From an uncultured Verrucomicrobiae bacterium (GTDB lineage Bacteria > Verrucomicrobiota > Verrucomicrobiia > Limisphaerales > Palsa-1400): a DNA stretch of 64,000 nucleotides. The DNA is taken from positions 1,664,001 through 1,728,000 of the forward strand of contig OY969763.1 in the NCBI GenBank assembly GCA_963702845.1, in the 5' to 3' direction. Shown here one piece after another: positions 21,738 through 31,965 of this stretch. Each line of letters begins with the position of its first letter. Within the stretch, counting starts at the first letter, position 1. The notes under the pieces were generated by a model. It saw only the letters and a list, made by a program, of their open reading frames with translations. It was not told the origin of the DNA and searched no databases. Position numbers and translations under genes: made by a program.

Positions 21738-22089
21738 GGGGGCGTACTGGTTTCGACCTGAAAGTTACGCCAGAGGCGGCATGCCGAGGATGGTACGTTG
21801 GCCTCGTTAATCATCGAACCAAAAAATAGCTAACGAACAATTAGCACTCGCGGCCTAAATGTGCTGCGACGTTCGCCCTTGGACACCTGCTACGAGGGAC
21901 GAACGCCATAGCAGGTTAGGTGGAACACGGAGTCTGCGCGTGGTTCATCGAAGTAATTCCATGCGGGCTAAGCAGTCGGAATCGCGTTCGATCGTTATCC
22001 GGCAGTCTACAATATCTTTCGAACTAAGCATGTAGTCGCGGCTGGTTGATCAGTCAGGGACGCGGGTTCAACTCCCGCCGCCTCCACCA
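21738..22089 (+). ncRNA. ssrA: tmRNA; tag peptide (A)ANEQLALAA
   Basis: 5' GGGGGCGTACTGGTTTCGAC; tag frame 21829-21858; 3' T-arm GCGGGTTCAACTCCCGC and CGCCTCCACCA. Confidence 0.96.
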
Positions 22090-22152
22090 TATTTAACAGG
22101 GGTTTGGTGGATTTGTCTTGAGTCCTAACGGTTTTCCTAACAGAATGCCGTT

Positions 22153-23529
22153 ATGACAGCCGAGACGCGTACTCCAACTCCGCAAGTGTCAGCGCAAACC
22201 GATGCTGCGCCCTCTTTTCCGCTTCTGATTCAGACCGGCTCCGTTGTGGTGAAGATTTATAAGGTCACCAATAAGGGGCGGGATTCTTACACGATTTCTT
22301 ACATCACCCACGGCAAGCGGAAGCTCAAAATGTTTGCTGATTTGGAGAAGGCTATCGCCGCAGCGGAAGGCGTTGGCGACGCAATGGGTCGCGGCGAATT
22401 GGAGGTGCTCAATCTCCGCAGCAAGGAGCTGCTGAATTACCGGCTGGCGATGGATGCGCTCAAGCCGACCGGCGTTTCTCTTGAAGTTGCGGCGACGCAA
22501 TTCGCCCAGGCATTTGCAAAGCTGAACGGCAAAGCGACGCTGCTGGAGGCCGCTGAGTTTTATGTGAAGCGGAACCCGAACCAATCTCCAAAGTTGGTTT
22601 CGAAAGTGATAACGGATTTGCTGGAGGCCAAAGAAGCTGACGGAATGAGCGACGTTTATACCAAAGACCTGCGCAGCCGTTTGAAACGCGTTGGCAACTA
22701 TTTCAAGATGCCGATCGGGATGCTCACGGCGGCTGAGATTGAAAAGTTTTTGCGCGGACTGAAAACCGAGGGTGAATCGCCAAAGCCACTCACGGGCCGT
22801 TCACGAAACAATTACCGCCGCGCGATCGCGACGCTGCTCTATTTTGCTGAGAGTCGCGGGGACATCGTTAAGGGCACTGTTGATGTGGAGTCTATCGCAG
22901 TCGCGAAGCAGAATGACGGTGACATTGAGATTTTTACAGCGGATGAGCTCACGCGCATCTTTGCTACGGCTAGGCCGGTGCTGATCCCGTTCCTCGCCAT
23001 TGGCGCGTTTGCCGGACTACGCAGTGCGGAGATTGAGCGGCTGGATTGGTCCGAGGTTCGCATCGACGACGGGTTTATCGAGGTGAAGGCGAGCAAGGCG
23101 AAAACTGCGAGCCGACGTTTGGTGCCGATTTCCGAAAATTTGAAGTTGTGGCTTACGGATCACAAGAAGCCAAATGGCGCGGTCGTTCCATTTGCAAATA
23201 TGTCGAAACAACTTCTCTGGCTGGCGGAGGACGTGCACAAGGCCTGGCAAACGGAAAAGCCGGCGGGCGAGTTCAAGTGGAAGCATAATGCCCTACGGCA
23301 TTCGTTTATCAGCTACCGTGTGGCAACGGTGCAGAACGTGGCGCAGGTGGCGCTGGAAGCTGGTAACTCGCCAAAGATGGTGTTCTCGAACTACCGCGAG
23401 ATTGTCCGCCCCATAGATGCCGAGCGGTGGTTTGCGATCACGCCGGAAAGCGTCAGCGGCTTCAAAGTGAAAGTGGAACGTGAGCGAGCGGCGAAGATTG
23501 TGGCGCATCCGGTGGCGATGGCAGCGTAA
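22153..23529 (+). CDS. Tyrosine recombinase/phage integrase
   Basis: GLRSAEI (R), KAKT (K), HNALRHSF (HxxRH-type), NYRE (Y). Confidence 0.92.
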   Translation: MTAETRTPTPQVSAQTDAAPSFPLLIQTGSVVVKIYKVTNKGRDSYTISYITHGKRKLKMFADLEKAIAAAEGVGDAMGRGELEVLNLRSKELLNYRLAMDALKPTGVSLEVAATQFAQAFAKLNGKATLLEAAEFYVKRNPNQSPKLVSKVITDLLEAKEADGMSDVYTKDLRSRLKRVGNYFKMPIGMLTAAEIEKFLRGLKTEGESPKPLTGRSRNNYRRAIATLLYFAESRGDIVKGTVDVESIAVAKQNDGDIEIFTADELTRIFATARPVLIPFLAIGAFAGLRSAEIERLDWSEVRIDDGFIEVKASKAKTASRRLVPISENLKLWLTDHKKPNGAVVPFANMSKQLLWLAEDVHKAWQTEKPAGEFKWKHNALRHSFISYRVATVQNVAQVALEAGNSPKMVFSNYREIVRPIDAERWFAITPESVSGFKVKVERERAAKIVAHPVAMAA

Positions 23530-23624
23530 AGGGTGCGGAGGTGTGTTTACTGACGGCCGCTGACACGTGCGCCTTGTAGTCGGTGCTACGCTTCGACTTG
23601 AAACCCGAGGGGCAGCGCGGCAGG

Positions 23625-23677
23625 TGCGCTGCCGGCGCTGAAGGCTGGGTGCACGAAAAGGTAATACCCTAGCTGCG
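23625..23677 (+). repeat. 53-bp direct repeat, copy 1 of 3
   Basis: TGCGCTGCCGGCGCTG..GCACGAAAAGGTAATACCCTAGCTGCG; also at 23959 and 28431. Confidence 0.9.
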
Positions 23678-23724
23678 CGTTTTTTCACGGCCGCTGTATT
23701 CGCGCTGGACGCATTTAAACCGGG

Positions 23725-23865
23725 TTAGCCGAATGAAATGGGCATGCCCATGCGCGCGGCGGCATAGGCGGCTAAGACTGCGAGGCCAAGCAGGAGAAAG
23801 AGGCCGATTAAGCCAATGATAAACGCCCATGTTTCGGTCCAAAGGCTGAAGTCGTCGGAGTTCAT
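23725..23865 (-). CDS. 46-aa single-TM peptide (below ORF-track cutoff)
   Basis: AAGGAGG RBS; MNSDDFSLWTETWAFIIGLIGLFLLLGLAVLAAYAAARMGMPISFG. Confidence 0.6.
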   Translation of the reverse strand: MNSDDFSLWTETWAFIIGLIGLFLLLGLAVLAAYAAARMGMPISFG

Positions 23866-23958
23866 ACTACCTCCTTACTGGTACAATAAGGCAGAGAGGC
23901 GCCAATTCAAAATAAACGGCGGCATAAATGGTATCAATCGCAAGGACGCCAATGTCAT

Positions 23959-24009
23959 TGCGCTGCCGGCGCTGGAGGCTAGAGGCACGAAAAGGTAAAA
24001 CTCTAGGTG
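23959..24009 (+). repeat. 53-bp direct repeat, copy 2
   Basis: TGCGCTGCCGGCGCTGGAGGCTAGAGGCACGAAAAGGTAAAACTCTAGGTG. Confidence 0.85.
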
Positions 24010-24024
24010 TTGCCTTTCGGCTGT

Positions 24025-24285
24025 TCACATAGCAAAGGTTTGTCTAGAAATGCCGAAAGGCGCACTCGCGTGCGCCTTTCGTGTTAAAGGTTGAGGAGTT
24101 AGGTTTAAGCAGCCCAAGCCAGAATCATGAGAGGCTTTTTGAGCAGCACGAATGCGCTCTTTCCGTTCATTTTCAATGGCTTGTAGGAAGGCTTCTTTAT
24201 CCTTTAGGAATCTTTGGAACGATCCTGCTTCCTGTTCACAGAACGCGTCCATAGTGATGCGATTCATTGTTTTCTCGTTTTTCAT
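24025..24285 (-). CDS. Small hypothetical protein downstream of zeta-like gene
   Basis: ATG 2 bp after the upstream stop. Confidence 0.55.
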   Translation of the reverse strand: MKNEKTMNRITMDAFCEQEAGSFQRFLKDKEAFLQAIENERKERIRAAQKASHDSGLGCLNLTPQPLTRKAHASAPFGISRQTFAM

Positions 24286-24287
24286 AA

Positions 24288-25257
24288 TTATGCCTTTCTG
24301 GGCATAAATTGTGCCGAATTAAATATCTCTGCATTCAGCACCTCAAGTATATTCCCACTCTTTTTATTTGCAACTAATTCGATGTCGTTCGGAAGTCCCA
24401 TATTAGCAAACACTAAAACGGTGTCAAAGTAGTCAAAATACCCTCTGAGATGCTCAATGAAACCACTATGTGACTCAGGAAGCGCCTTAAAATGCGGGAA
24501 TCGGCGTGACTGCTTGGCACGTTCCATGGCTTGCCGGATAGCTTTATCCAACGGTGTCAGTATAGCGACCATCGTGAGTTCATAGCCGTGTCTCTTTGCC
24601 AGGTCGATGCGCTGCATAGTCTCGCCGTGGCTGGACATCGACGAATCCAAGATGAATGATTTTTCCGCCTCGATCAGGTCAGACACGACCTCTCTGGTAA
24701 GCTCGACGCACTCTTTCTGAACGGTCCAACTGGCACGACCGTCGGCGACCGCTTTAATTAAGCTGAATTCCGGGATCCAGCTGTTTAAAGATATCGGCGC
24801 CCACCATATTCTTTTTTTCGAGCGGTAGCTTTTCATTCTTTGCAAGGTAGTTGACTGCAGTTGTTTTTCCACTCCCATAGCCGCCGCCAGTGAACACGAG
24901 TTGTGGCTTGCCTGGGAGTTTTATTGCCGGGTTGCTTGCGATGCCCTTAATTGTTTTGCGAAAGCTGTCGCGAGTAATGGATGTTTGCCCAGGAATCAGG
25001 CCAGCTTCAATCAAGTTGAATAACTGTGAATCGAATAGGTGACTATAGGAACATAAGTCTACCGTCGGCTTGTAGCGAGTTTCCGTGAGGATCGGATCTT
25101 CGGGCGAGATGATTTCTGGACGCGAGATTTTGCCTGGTTCGTATTTTGTATCCCACCACCAATCCCAAAATTCGTACGTTTGATCAATATTGTCGACTAA
25201 TGTTGCAAAGTCGAATTTCTCACCATCTTTTAATTTCGATAAAATTGGCAGATTCAT
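24288..25257 (-). pseudogene. Zeta-toxin-like P-loop kinase split by a frameshift near 24778
   Basis: GGGYGSGKTT and ADIFKQL in 24754-25257 continue as IPEF..FILDSS..GYELTMVAI in 24288-24878. Confidence 0.7.
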
Positions 25258-25426
25258 CCCGTTAGTTGGTTGACCGATTAGCGGGCACCTTGCAGCGTCG
25301 GGTGACAGTTTTCAAGCCGTAATTACCGCGTTCACTGACGATGCTCCGGCGGCGCTGCCTCTAATTGTTTTCCGTTGGACTTGCGGCTGAAGCAGTTGCA
25401 GTATCGGATTTGGCTCCCAAACAACC

Positions 25427-26134
25427 ATGGATATTTTGGTCGACTTTGACAACATCGATAATGCAATGAGATCGAAGGGACTGCAGATGGTTTGCACCCG
25501 GATGGTTCATGCGATTGCTAATAAAAAAGCTACGATGCCCGCCATGCTACGGTTTCGACTATATGGTGGTTGGTTTGAAAATGAGTCGCTTACCCGGCGC
25601 GCCCAAAACTTGAGTTCGGAGATTCAGCGTGACTTTCCAAGTACAATTCGGTGGAGCGGGGGAACCAGAACGGGAACGTGCGTTGCGCAGGTCGAAATGG
25701 CCTACGCCTTGGAGATTGAACCCGCAAGGAAGTTAACTCATACGTTTCGCGTGCGACCATTCGATGCGAAGATTCGCTGTCGGCTGAATTTAATATCGAA
25801 ATGCACACAATCGCCCTGTCCGACTGCCGCGATTGCAGCGTTTTTCAATGACAAGAAGTGCATTACCCAACGCTGCTACATGACCCCGGGCGACTTCCTG
25901 GAAAAGGAAGATCAAAAACTGGCTGATACTATGCTGACGGCGGATTTAATTTATCTGGCCACCCACGGAAAAAGTGATTTGGCCGTCGTTTCTTCAGACG
26001 ATGACCTTTGGCCTGGCATCCAGACTGCGCTGTTATCTGGTGCGAGGGTAATGCACTTACACACGCACAAGGAGCGCCAAACGCGACAATCATACTCCAA
26101 CGGTCTGCTGCAATATAAGGAGACTGCCCTCTAA
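25427..26134 (+). CDS. NYN/PIN-like ribonuclease domain protein
   Basis: LVDFDNI, DQKLADTML, VSSDDDL acidic motifs; Cys-rich insert. Confidence 0.75.
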   Translation: MDILVDFDNIDNAMRSKGLQMVCTRMVHAIANKKATMPAMLRFRLYGGWFENESLTRRAQNLSSEIQRDFPSTIRWSGGTRTGTCVAQVEMAYALEIEPARKLTHTFRVRPFDAKIRCRLNLISKCTQSPCPTAAIAAFFNDKKCITQRCYMTPGDFLEKEDQKLADTMLTADLIYLATHGKSDLAVVSSDDDLWPGIQTALLSGARVMHLHTHKERQTRQSYSNGLLQYKETAL

Positions 26135-26138
26135 CCAT

Positions 26139-28412
26139 ATGGACAACACCACATTTAAACGAGTGCTGACGAGTTTTGCTGACACCCCGGGAAGCGTCGA
26201 TTTTTCGAAAGGCAAACTGGTATGCGAAATTCAAGACAAGATGATTGAAGCAACGCTTCAGTCTCGTGACGGAGAGCTTTGGGTTAATGAGCATGGGGAA
26301 GAGATGGCGGCGCATAAGTGGATTTTGCAACGTGTCGCACGTTTACCGATTCTGGCCGAGCGAATTTCTTCCGCATTTGAAGAGCCTGAAAATTTTATAA
26401 CGCCGAAAGCTGATTCCATGAGCAATTTGGATGAGCTTAGTGCCGGCAAATTCGAGCAATACGGGGATGCGACGACCCTGACGTTGGAACTTCTGGATCG
26501 TCGTCCTGGAGGATGTTCGAGTGTTGTGTATTTAACATCGGATGCAGGCGAAGGTAAAACGACGCTGATGCGTCATTTGGCCAGGCTACAGGCGGAGAGG
26601 TTTAAGGCCAAGCAGAGTGATTGGCTGCTAGTACCTATCGAGCTCGCCGGCAAGCCACTGCTGAGCTTTGATGATCTAGTGATCGGTTTTCTGAGCAATC
26701 GGCTCCGGTTCCCGCTGTTTTATTTCGATGCGTTCATGGAAATGGTGAAACTGGGGGTAATTGTTCCGGCCTTTGACGGGTTCGAAGAAATGTGGGTGCA
26801 AACGCCGCAAGGCGATGCTCTCTCCGCGATTGGAAGTCTGATGGGGACGATGGATTCAGCCGGAACAGTTTTGATTGCCGCCCGAAAAGCTTATTTCGAG
26901 TATCAAGACGTCAGGGCACAAGCCAGGTTGTTTGACTCAATCGGCAATAGTGCTGTGGTATTTTCCCGAGTCGCCATCCAGCGCTGGAACGAACCGCAGT
27001 TCCTACAATATTGTGAGAAACGCGGGATTAGTAATGGAAGAGAGATATTTAGCCGTGTAGCAGAGCGGCTAAAACCAGACCATCCCTTGCTCACGCGTGC
27101 TGTATTGATCAAGAGATTGCTGGACGTAGCGCAGGAATCCGGAAGTCTAGCCCAACTGCTGCAGGAAATTGGTAACTCGCCAGTAAATTACTTTGCGGTC
27201 TTTGTAAAAGCGATCGTCGAACGCGAGGCGCGGGAAAAATGGATAAATACGAAGCGAGACCCCCATGTCCCGCTATTAACAGTAGATGAGCATTTCGAGT
27301 TACTCGCTACGGTCGCACAGGAGATGTGGACGCTCTCGACGGACAACCTGAAAGGGGATGTCTTGGATTTGCTAACTGATCTGTTCTGCGAGGCTCGAAA
27401 GCTAGACGCGGACGTCACCTTCCAGATCAGAGAGCGAACGAAACAGCACGCCCTGATAGTGGGAGCCCCTGGCGCACGAAAGACGTTTTCGTTCGACCAC
27501 GAGGAGTTCAAAAACTTTTTCCTCGGAGAATCAGTAGGACAGATCTGCAGGAAGGCGGACCCTACCAAGAAGTTGGAACTTTTGGGCATATTGCGCAAAG
27601 CTACGCTGCCGAGCCAGGCGGTTGATGCGGCGCTCGCCACAATCCGAAAAAGTAAGAGCTTCAATAGCACTAAGGTCACCGCATTCCTGCAAGAGGTGGC
27701 GGGGTTGGATGGTCCAACGTCCTTCACCCGGGAGAATGTAGCGCGTTTGTTATTGAGGGTTCTGCATAGAAGCGCTTCGGATGGGATCACGTTCGTCGAC
27801 ATGTCTTTTGGAGTCGATGCGTTGCGCCACCTCGAACTCGATAACGTCACGTTCAATCAATGTTTATTCGCTCCAACTTCATTAGAAGATTCAATATTGA
27901 AGAACTGTAAATTTTCCAAGTGCCACTTCGACCAACTGATATTGCATTCATCCATGAAAATATTGAAGAGTGTGCTTGACTCCGACGAAGGAGAAATCGG
28001 AAGCATTTTACCAAGTGGTGCCCAAGATCCGGTGTACGATCCTTCGCGGTTTGGCCCACTGTTACAGAGGGCTGGCTTTGAAATTCCTAAAGTCGCCGGT
28101 CCAGTGACGACAAAGGTTGACGAGGATCAGTCCATGAAGATGTTCCGGCGGCTAATTCGACAATTCCAATACGGATCGCGTATTACCGAACCCGCCCTAG
28201 TCAAGCGACTGGGGCCCTTGGGAGGTTGTTTTGTGAAAGAAGTTGTGCCCCAGCTAGTGAAGGCCGGCGTTCTCGCTTTGGAATGGAGCACGGCTATAAA
28301 GCAGGAGCAGTATCGTCTTAACATTTCGATGGAGCGTATCTACGAAGCACTAAGAATCAGCTGGCCGTCAGTTGATCATTTAGTTGCCGAGATTACGCGC
28401 CCAACGGATTAG
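26139..28412 (+). CDS. NACHT/STAND-like NTPase with pentapeptide-like repeats
   Basis: SDAGEGKTT Walker A, AFDGFEE Walker B, FSFDHEEFKNFF winged-helix-type motif, NVTFNQCLF..NCKFSKCHF repeats. Confidence 0.75.
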   Translation: MDNTTFKRVLTSFADTPGSVDFSKGKLVCEIQDKMIEATLQSRDGELWVNEHGEEMAAHKWILQRVARLPILAERISSAFEEPENFITPKADSMSNLDELSAGKFEQYGDATTLTLELLDRRPGGCSSVVYLTSDAGEGKTTLMRHLARLQAERFKAKQSDWLLVPIELAGKPLLSFDDLVIGFLSNRLRFPLFYFDAFMEMVKLGVIVPAFDGFEEMWVQTPQGDALSAIGSLMGTMDSAGTVLIAARKAYFEYQDVRAQARLFDSIGNSAVVFSRVAIQRWNEPQFLQYCEKRGISNGREIFSRVAERLKPDHPLLTRAVLIKRLLDVAQESGSLAQLLQEIGNSPVNYFAVFVKAIVEREAREKWINTKRDPHVPLLTVDEHFELLATVAQEMWTLSTDNLKGDVLDLLTDLFCEARKLDADVTFQIRERTKQHALIVGAPGARKTFSFDHEEFKNFFLGESVGQICRKADPTKKLELLGILRKATLPSQAVDAALATIRKSKSFNSTKVTAFLQEVAGLDGPTSFTRENVARLLLRVLHRSASDGITFVDMSFGVDALRHLELDNVTFNQCLFAPTSLEDSILKNCKFSKCHFDQLILHSSMKILKSVLDSDEGEIGSILPSGAQDPVYDPSRFGPLLQRAGFEIPKVAGPVTTKVDEDQSMKMFRRLIRQFQYGSRITEPALVKRLGPLGGCFVKEVVPQLVKAGVLALEWSTAIKQEQYRLNISMERIYEALRISWPSVDHLVAEITRPTD

Positions 28413-28430
28413 CCCGGGAAAGATTGCAGT

Positions 28431-28483
28431 TGCGCTGCCGGCGCTGGAGGCCAGGTGCACGAAAAGGTAATACCCTAGCTGCG
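28431..28483 (+). repeat. 53-bp direct repeat, copy 3
   Basis: Three mismatches to copy 1. Confidence 0.9.
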
Positions 28484-28606
28484 GTCCCCTGCGGTTGGCG
28501 TTCAGAGTTGCTTGACTGCGCTGTTACACTTCCGAGCTGGGTGGGTGCGGGCAGATGAACGCTTGAAACGACTCACCAGTGCAGAAGTATCAGCTGAACA
28601 GTAAAT

Positions 28607-30166
28607 ATGGAATTGACCCACATCCTCACATTCTTGTGGGACATAATCAACAACTGGGCTGGCTACGCAACCGGCGGATTGATCATGGCCCTTGTTTTTC
28701 TTGGGCAAACCTTGAGCAAAAAGTGGCAACCGTCGAGAGGGTTATTAAAGTTTCTATGCATCACGTTTTTGGCGCTCGCGATTTTCAAATCGTGGGACGA
28801 TCAGTATACATCTACCCTCACAATTCAAAAGTTGCTGAACGATAAATCACCCAAGTTAGACGGATTCATCCACAGGACTCTCATCGCCGATGAGCCAGGC
28901 ACGACAAACTCACTGATCCTAGCGGAAGTTAGCATATGCAACGCCGGGGCAATTCCAAGCATTGCAGAAGAATTCAGAGTGACTGCCTTGTTGCCACAAA
29001 CCAAATCCACGAACGCCCAAGATATTAATTTTTCGGATAAATATATCCTGAATTTTATTCACAAAGAAAAACCGTGGTTGCTCGATTTGAAAAGACCGCA
29101 ATTGATTGCTGAAAAAACGATCAAAGCGATACCCGTAGGTGAATCTCGACGAGGCTGGGTAGCCTTCAGGCTTCTTGGGGTGCCTACAAGCCGTCTCCAG
29201 CAGACCAATGTGGTGGTGTCATTTCTGGACATCGCCGGCACACGAATCCACGTGACGAATGGATTTTGGAAAGGAAAGCCGGGTAATCCGCAACCGCTCG
29301 ACGACCTAACGGCGACTATCCCTGAAGCGGAAAACATTTTCTATCTGGTTGAACCACCGGCGCGAACCAATTGGCTTCCGCCTGAGTTGCCAGCGGGCTG
29401 TAGCAACGTAGTAGTATTCCTTGGTGCTCAAGTGCTCGAACTTCCCGTTAAAATGGCGGAGATCTCGAGTGTCGGGAAAAAGTTTTCAATTTCAGAACTA
29501 CCAGATTTCCTATCGAAAGATTTGGATAAATCCCCGGACTATTCACCCCGCCGTCGGACGGTGTGGTTTCGGTCAAGTCCTCCTAAGACTTCCATTGGCG
29601 GAAAATCGATCGACTATCCTATTCAGCCGGCGGTCATCAGTAATCGCCTCTATGTTGAAGTAGAAATTCCTTTCTCCAACGAACGACGCGAGCTTGTTAT
29701 GAGTGATGATTTCGGCTCTCAACTTCCAATCCCGCAGAATTGGGACATTAATTTTAGTACGAACTACGATGCGTATGGAAATGGAATCTATGCGTATGAG
29801 GTTGTGAACGAATTAACCAATCCGGTACTGCAAGTGGTTTATACCGCACCTAACGAAGTTCACGTTAACGGAATTTTTCAAGTTGATACAAACAGCATAC
29901 TGGCCGCATTTGGTGAACCTCCAGTACTTGGCACATTTTCGTACACAAATCTTTCCACAAATGAAGGCTTAATGAAAGCGGCGCTGCAGATAGAGACTTT
30001 TCACGAAAGTTTGGTCATTCGCTCAAACGAATCTATCGCATCATTTGGGCAACGATTTACAAACGAGTTTTTTAGACCCATTTTCAAGTATCAAAGACCC
30101 ATATTTAAGTACCCATCGAATAGAAATCTCGGTGTCTTTGCAAATCCTGCGGGAACCAAACCTTAG
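28607..30166 (+). CDS. Hypothetical membrane-anchored protein
   Basis: 519-aa ORF, two N-terminal TM segments. Confidence 0.65.
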   Translation: MELTHILTFLWDIINNWAGYATGGLIMALVFLGQTLSKKWQPSRGLLKFLCITFLALAIFKSWDDQYTSTLTIQKLLNDKSPKLDGFIHRTLIADEPGTTNSLILAEVSICNAGAIPSIAEEFRVTALLPQTKSTNAQDINFSDKYILNFIHKEKPWLLDLKRPQLIAEKTIKAIPVGESRRGWVAFRLLGVPTSRLQQTNVVVSFLDIAGTRIHVTNGFWKGKPGNPQPLDDLTATIPEAENIFYLVEPPARTNWLPPELPAGCSNVVVFLGAQVLELPVKMAEISSVGKKFSISELPDFLSKDLDKSPDYSPRRRTVWFRSSPPKTSIGGKSIDYPIQPAVISNRLYVEVEIPFSNERRELVMSDDFGSQLPIPQNWDINFSTNYDAYGNGIYAYEVVNELTNPVLQVVYTAPNEVHVNGIFQVDTNSILAAFGEPPVLGTFSYTNLSTNEGLMKAALQIETFHESLVIRSNESIASFGQRFTNEFFRPIFKYQRPIFKYPSNRNLGVFANPAGTKP

Positions 30167-30308
30167 CCCCTGTATTCTCGTTGAAAAACCGCTATGAACC
30201 GTCGGCGGCGCCGGCCCCGGCCCCTGGAGCGACCCGGACACCAAGATGGTGCCCGTATGGCACGCTTTTTATTTACAACGGGCTAAGCGGAGACTAGTTT
30301 TCGTAACC

Positions 30309-30551
30309 ATGAAAAATATATCACGGTGGGGAGGCTACTTTGCTTCGATCTTCGCTATCATATACTTTATCTCGGTTATTCTGTTTCGCGTACAGGTTAA
30401 CACCGTGCCTAGTTCGTTGTTAGCCTATACCAGATTTTGCTCCTTGGTGCTTGGAGCATTCTCCGGACTTGTTTGCATAGTATCAGCCATTTTATCAGCC
30501 ATTTTGCCGCCTGCCCTTCGTGCCGATCAAAAAGGCTTCGCCAATCAATAA
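30309..30551 (+). CDS. Small two-TM hypothetical protein
   Basis: Hydrophobic 80-aa ORF. Confidence 0.5.
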   Translation: MKNISRWGGYFASIFAIIYFISVILFRVQVNTVPSSLLAYTRFCSLVLGAFSGLVCIVSAILSAILPPALRADQKGFANQ

Positions 30552-30672
30552 TCATCTCACGCCGAGCATCGCATCAATCCAACTGAACGAGGCGAAAGAT
30601 CCGGAATATGGGTGCGCTGCTAGCGCTATCAGAAATTCGAAACCCTCGATGCGCTTTTATTTGTCTTCGCAT

Positions 30673-31395
30673 TCAAATGGTCACTCCGGAGCTAACGGTT
30701 ATGGGTGAACCGTCCGCCACAAATGCTGAGTCCGGAGTTGCGCTTAATGGACTTGAGAACTGCGCGCCGTAAATCGACGCGATGTCGCAGCGCAGAACTG
30801 CGTTTCGTACCTGCCAAACGTACCAAGGATCGTGCGCCACGTGGTATTCCTTGCACGTGCCATTTGGTTGGGTGGTGTAACCCCAGTGGTGCTTAGTGAT
30901 GAATTCTTCTTTGGAACTTTCAATCACCGGCTGCAGGGCGCCAACGGTCGTGGCGGAGATTGTGTTCCAGTTACCTCGATAACACCACGCGTACTCTACG
31001 GACCCGCCGCTGGGCAACTTGTCGTTCACCGTCTCAATGGAGTGGGTCATTGGCATCACGGTGTAGGGTTCGTTGTAGTAGGTTCGTGCGACGGTCGCGA
31101 TTAGACGGCGAGGTACGATTTCTTTGATAAAAACGACGCCACGTCGCCAGCCGTCCGCAGCCCGGTGTCGCACATAGAAACGAAGATTCACCTCTTCGAA
31201 ATTGGAGTGCAGCGGCACGGAAACACCAAACACTTTGGTGCGCAGGAACAGAAAGCCAACAACGCTGAGGTAATTCTCGCCGTTCCATGTATCGAGTTCG
31301 ACGCCAGGTGGAATGTTGGGGCGGAGTAGTTCTGGATCGACAGCATAGTTGAGCATCAATAAATACTGCCAGTTGGCTGTGAGGAAGGTGCGCAT
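30673..31395 (-). CDS. DUF2071/YqjF family protein
   Basis: FLTANW, LMLNYAVDP, FEEVNLRFYV, EEFITKHHWGY. Confidence 0.85.
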   Translation of the reverse strand: MRTFLTANWQYLLMLNYAVDPELLRPNIPPGVELDTWNGENYLSVVGFLFLRTKVFGVSVPLHSNFEEVNLRFYVRHRAADGWRRGVVFIKEIVPRRLIATVARTYYNEPYTVMPMTHSIETVNDKLPSGGSVEYAWCYRGNWNTISATTVGALQPVIESSKEEFITKHHWGYTTQPNGTCKEYHVAHDPWYVWQVRNAVLRCDIASIYGAQFSSPLSATPDSAFVADGSPITVSSGVTI

Positions 31396-31402
31396 CGAAC
31401 AT

Positions 31403-31816
31403 TCAAGATTTCTGCAACCCGCATTTACCTGAGATGCAATAACGGTTGTTTGCGAATGTGCGGTACCCTACATCGAATAGTTGCCTGAACACCGGGGTGA
31501 CGGAAAAAATATAAACTGGAAAGGCCCACCAGATCCGCCTCGTCACGTAACGATACACGTCCGCGCCCTGGATTTGCCGGCCGTCGCGGAGCAGCAAGCG
31601 TAAGTCTTTCAGAAGGTCTTCGCTGGACACGCTCAATTTTTCTTGAACCCAAGGGGCTTGCAGAGGCGCGATGTCGAAGCCTCGTTTGTGAAGCGTCATT
31701 CGCCAGAACGGAACCCAACGCCGACAAAACCCGCACGAAGCGTCGTAAAGAACCCATCCGTGGATTGTGCAGTCGTCAAACATCGAATCGACCGCAGTTG
31801 TTTGATGTTCGTGCAT
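31403..31816 (-). CDS. DCC1-like thiol-disulfide oxidoreductase (DUF393)
   Basis: VLYDASCGFC, YRTFANNRY; start uncertain. Confidence 0.85.
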   Translation of the reverse strand: MHEHQTTAVDSMFDDCTIHGWVLYDASCGFCRRWVPFWRMTLHKRGFDIAPLQAPWVQEKLSVSSEDLLKDLRLLLRDGRQIQGADVYRYVTRRIWWAFPVYIFSVTPVFRQLFDVGYRTFANNRYCISGKCGLQKS

Positions 31817-31965
31817 CTGCTTGTTCTCTTCCATATACCCCAGCGGTTTTGTGAGCACCATCCGCGAATGACCGCATGCGGGTGCGTTTTTTATCTGTGT
31901 GGTTATCATGGGATAAGCAATTGTATTGGAAAAGTGGAACGGGAAAAGTAACGTCGGTAAACCAA

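Noticed and set aside
22153..23529. Integrase as the integron IntI
   Set aside because: Phage-type architecture beside ssrA, no visible IntI-specific insertion and no adjacent attI-like site.
24770..24800. Programmed -1 frameshift at TTTAAAC in the zeta-like gene
   Set aside because: The heptamer is in the wrong phase and a +1 shift is needed.
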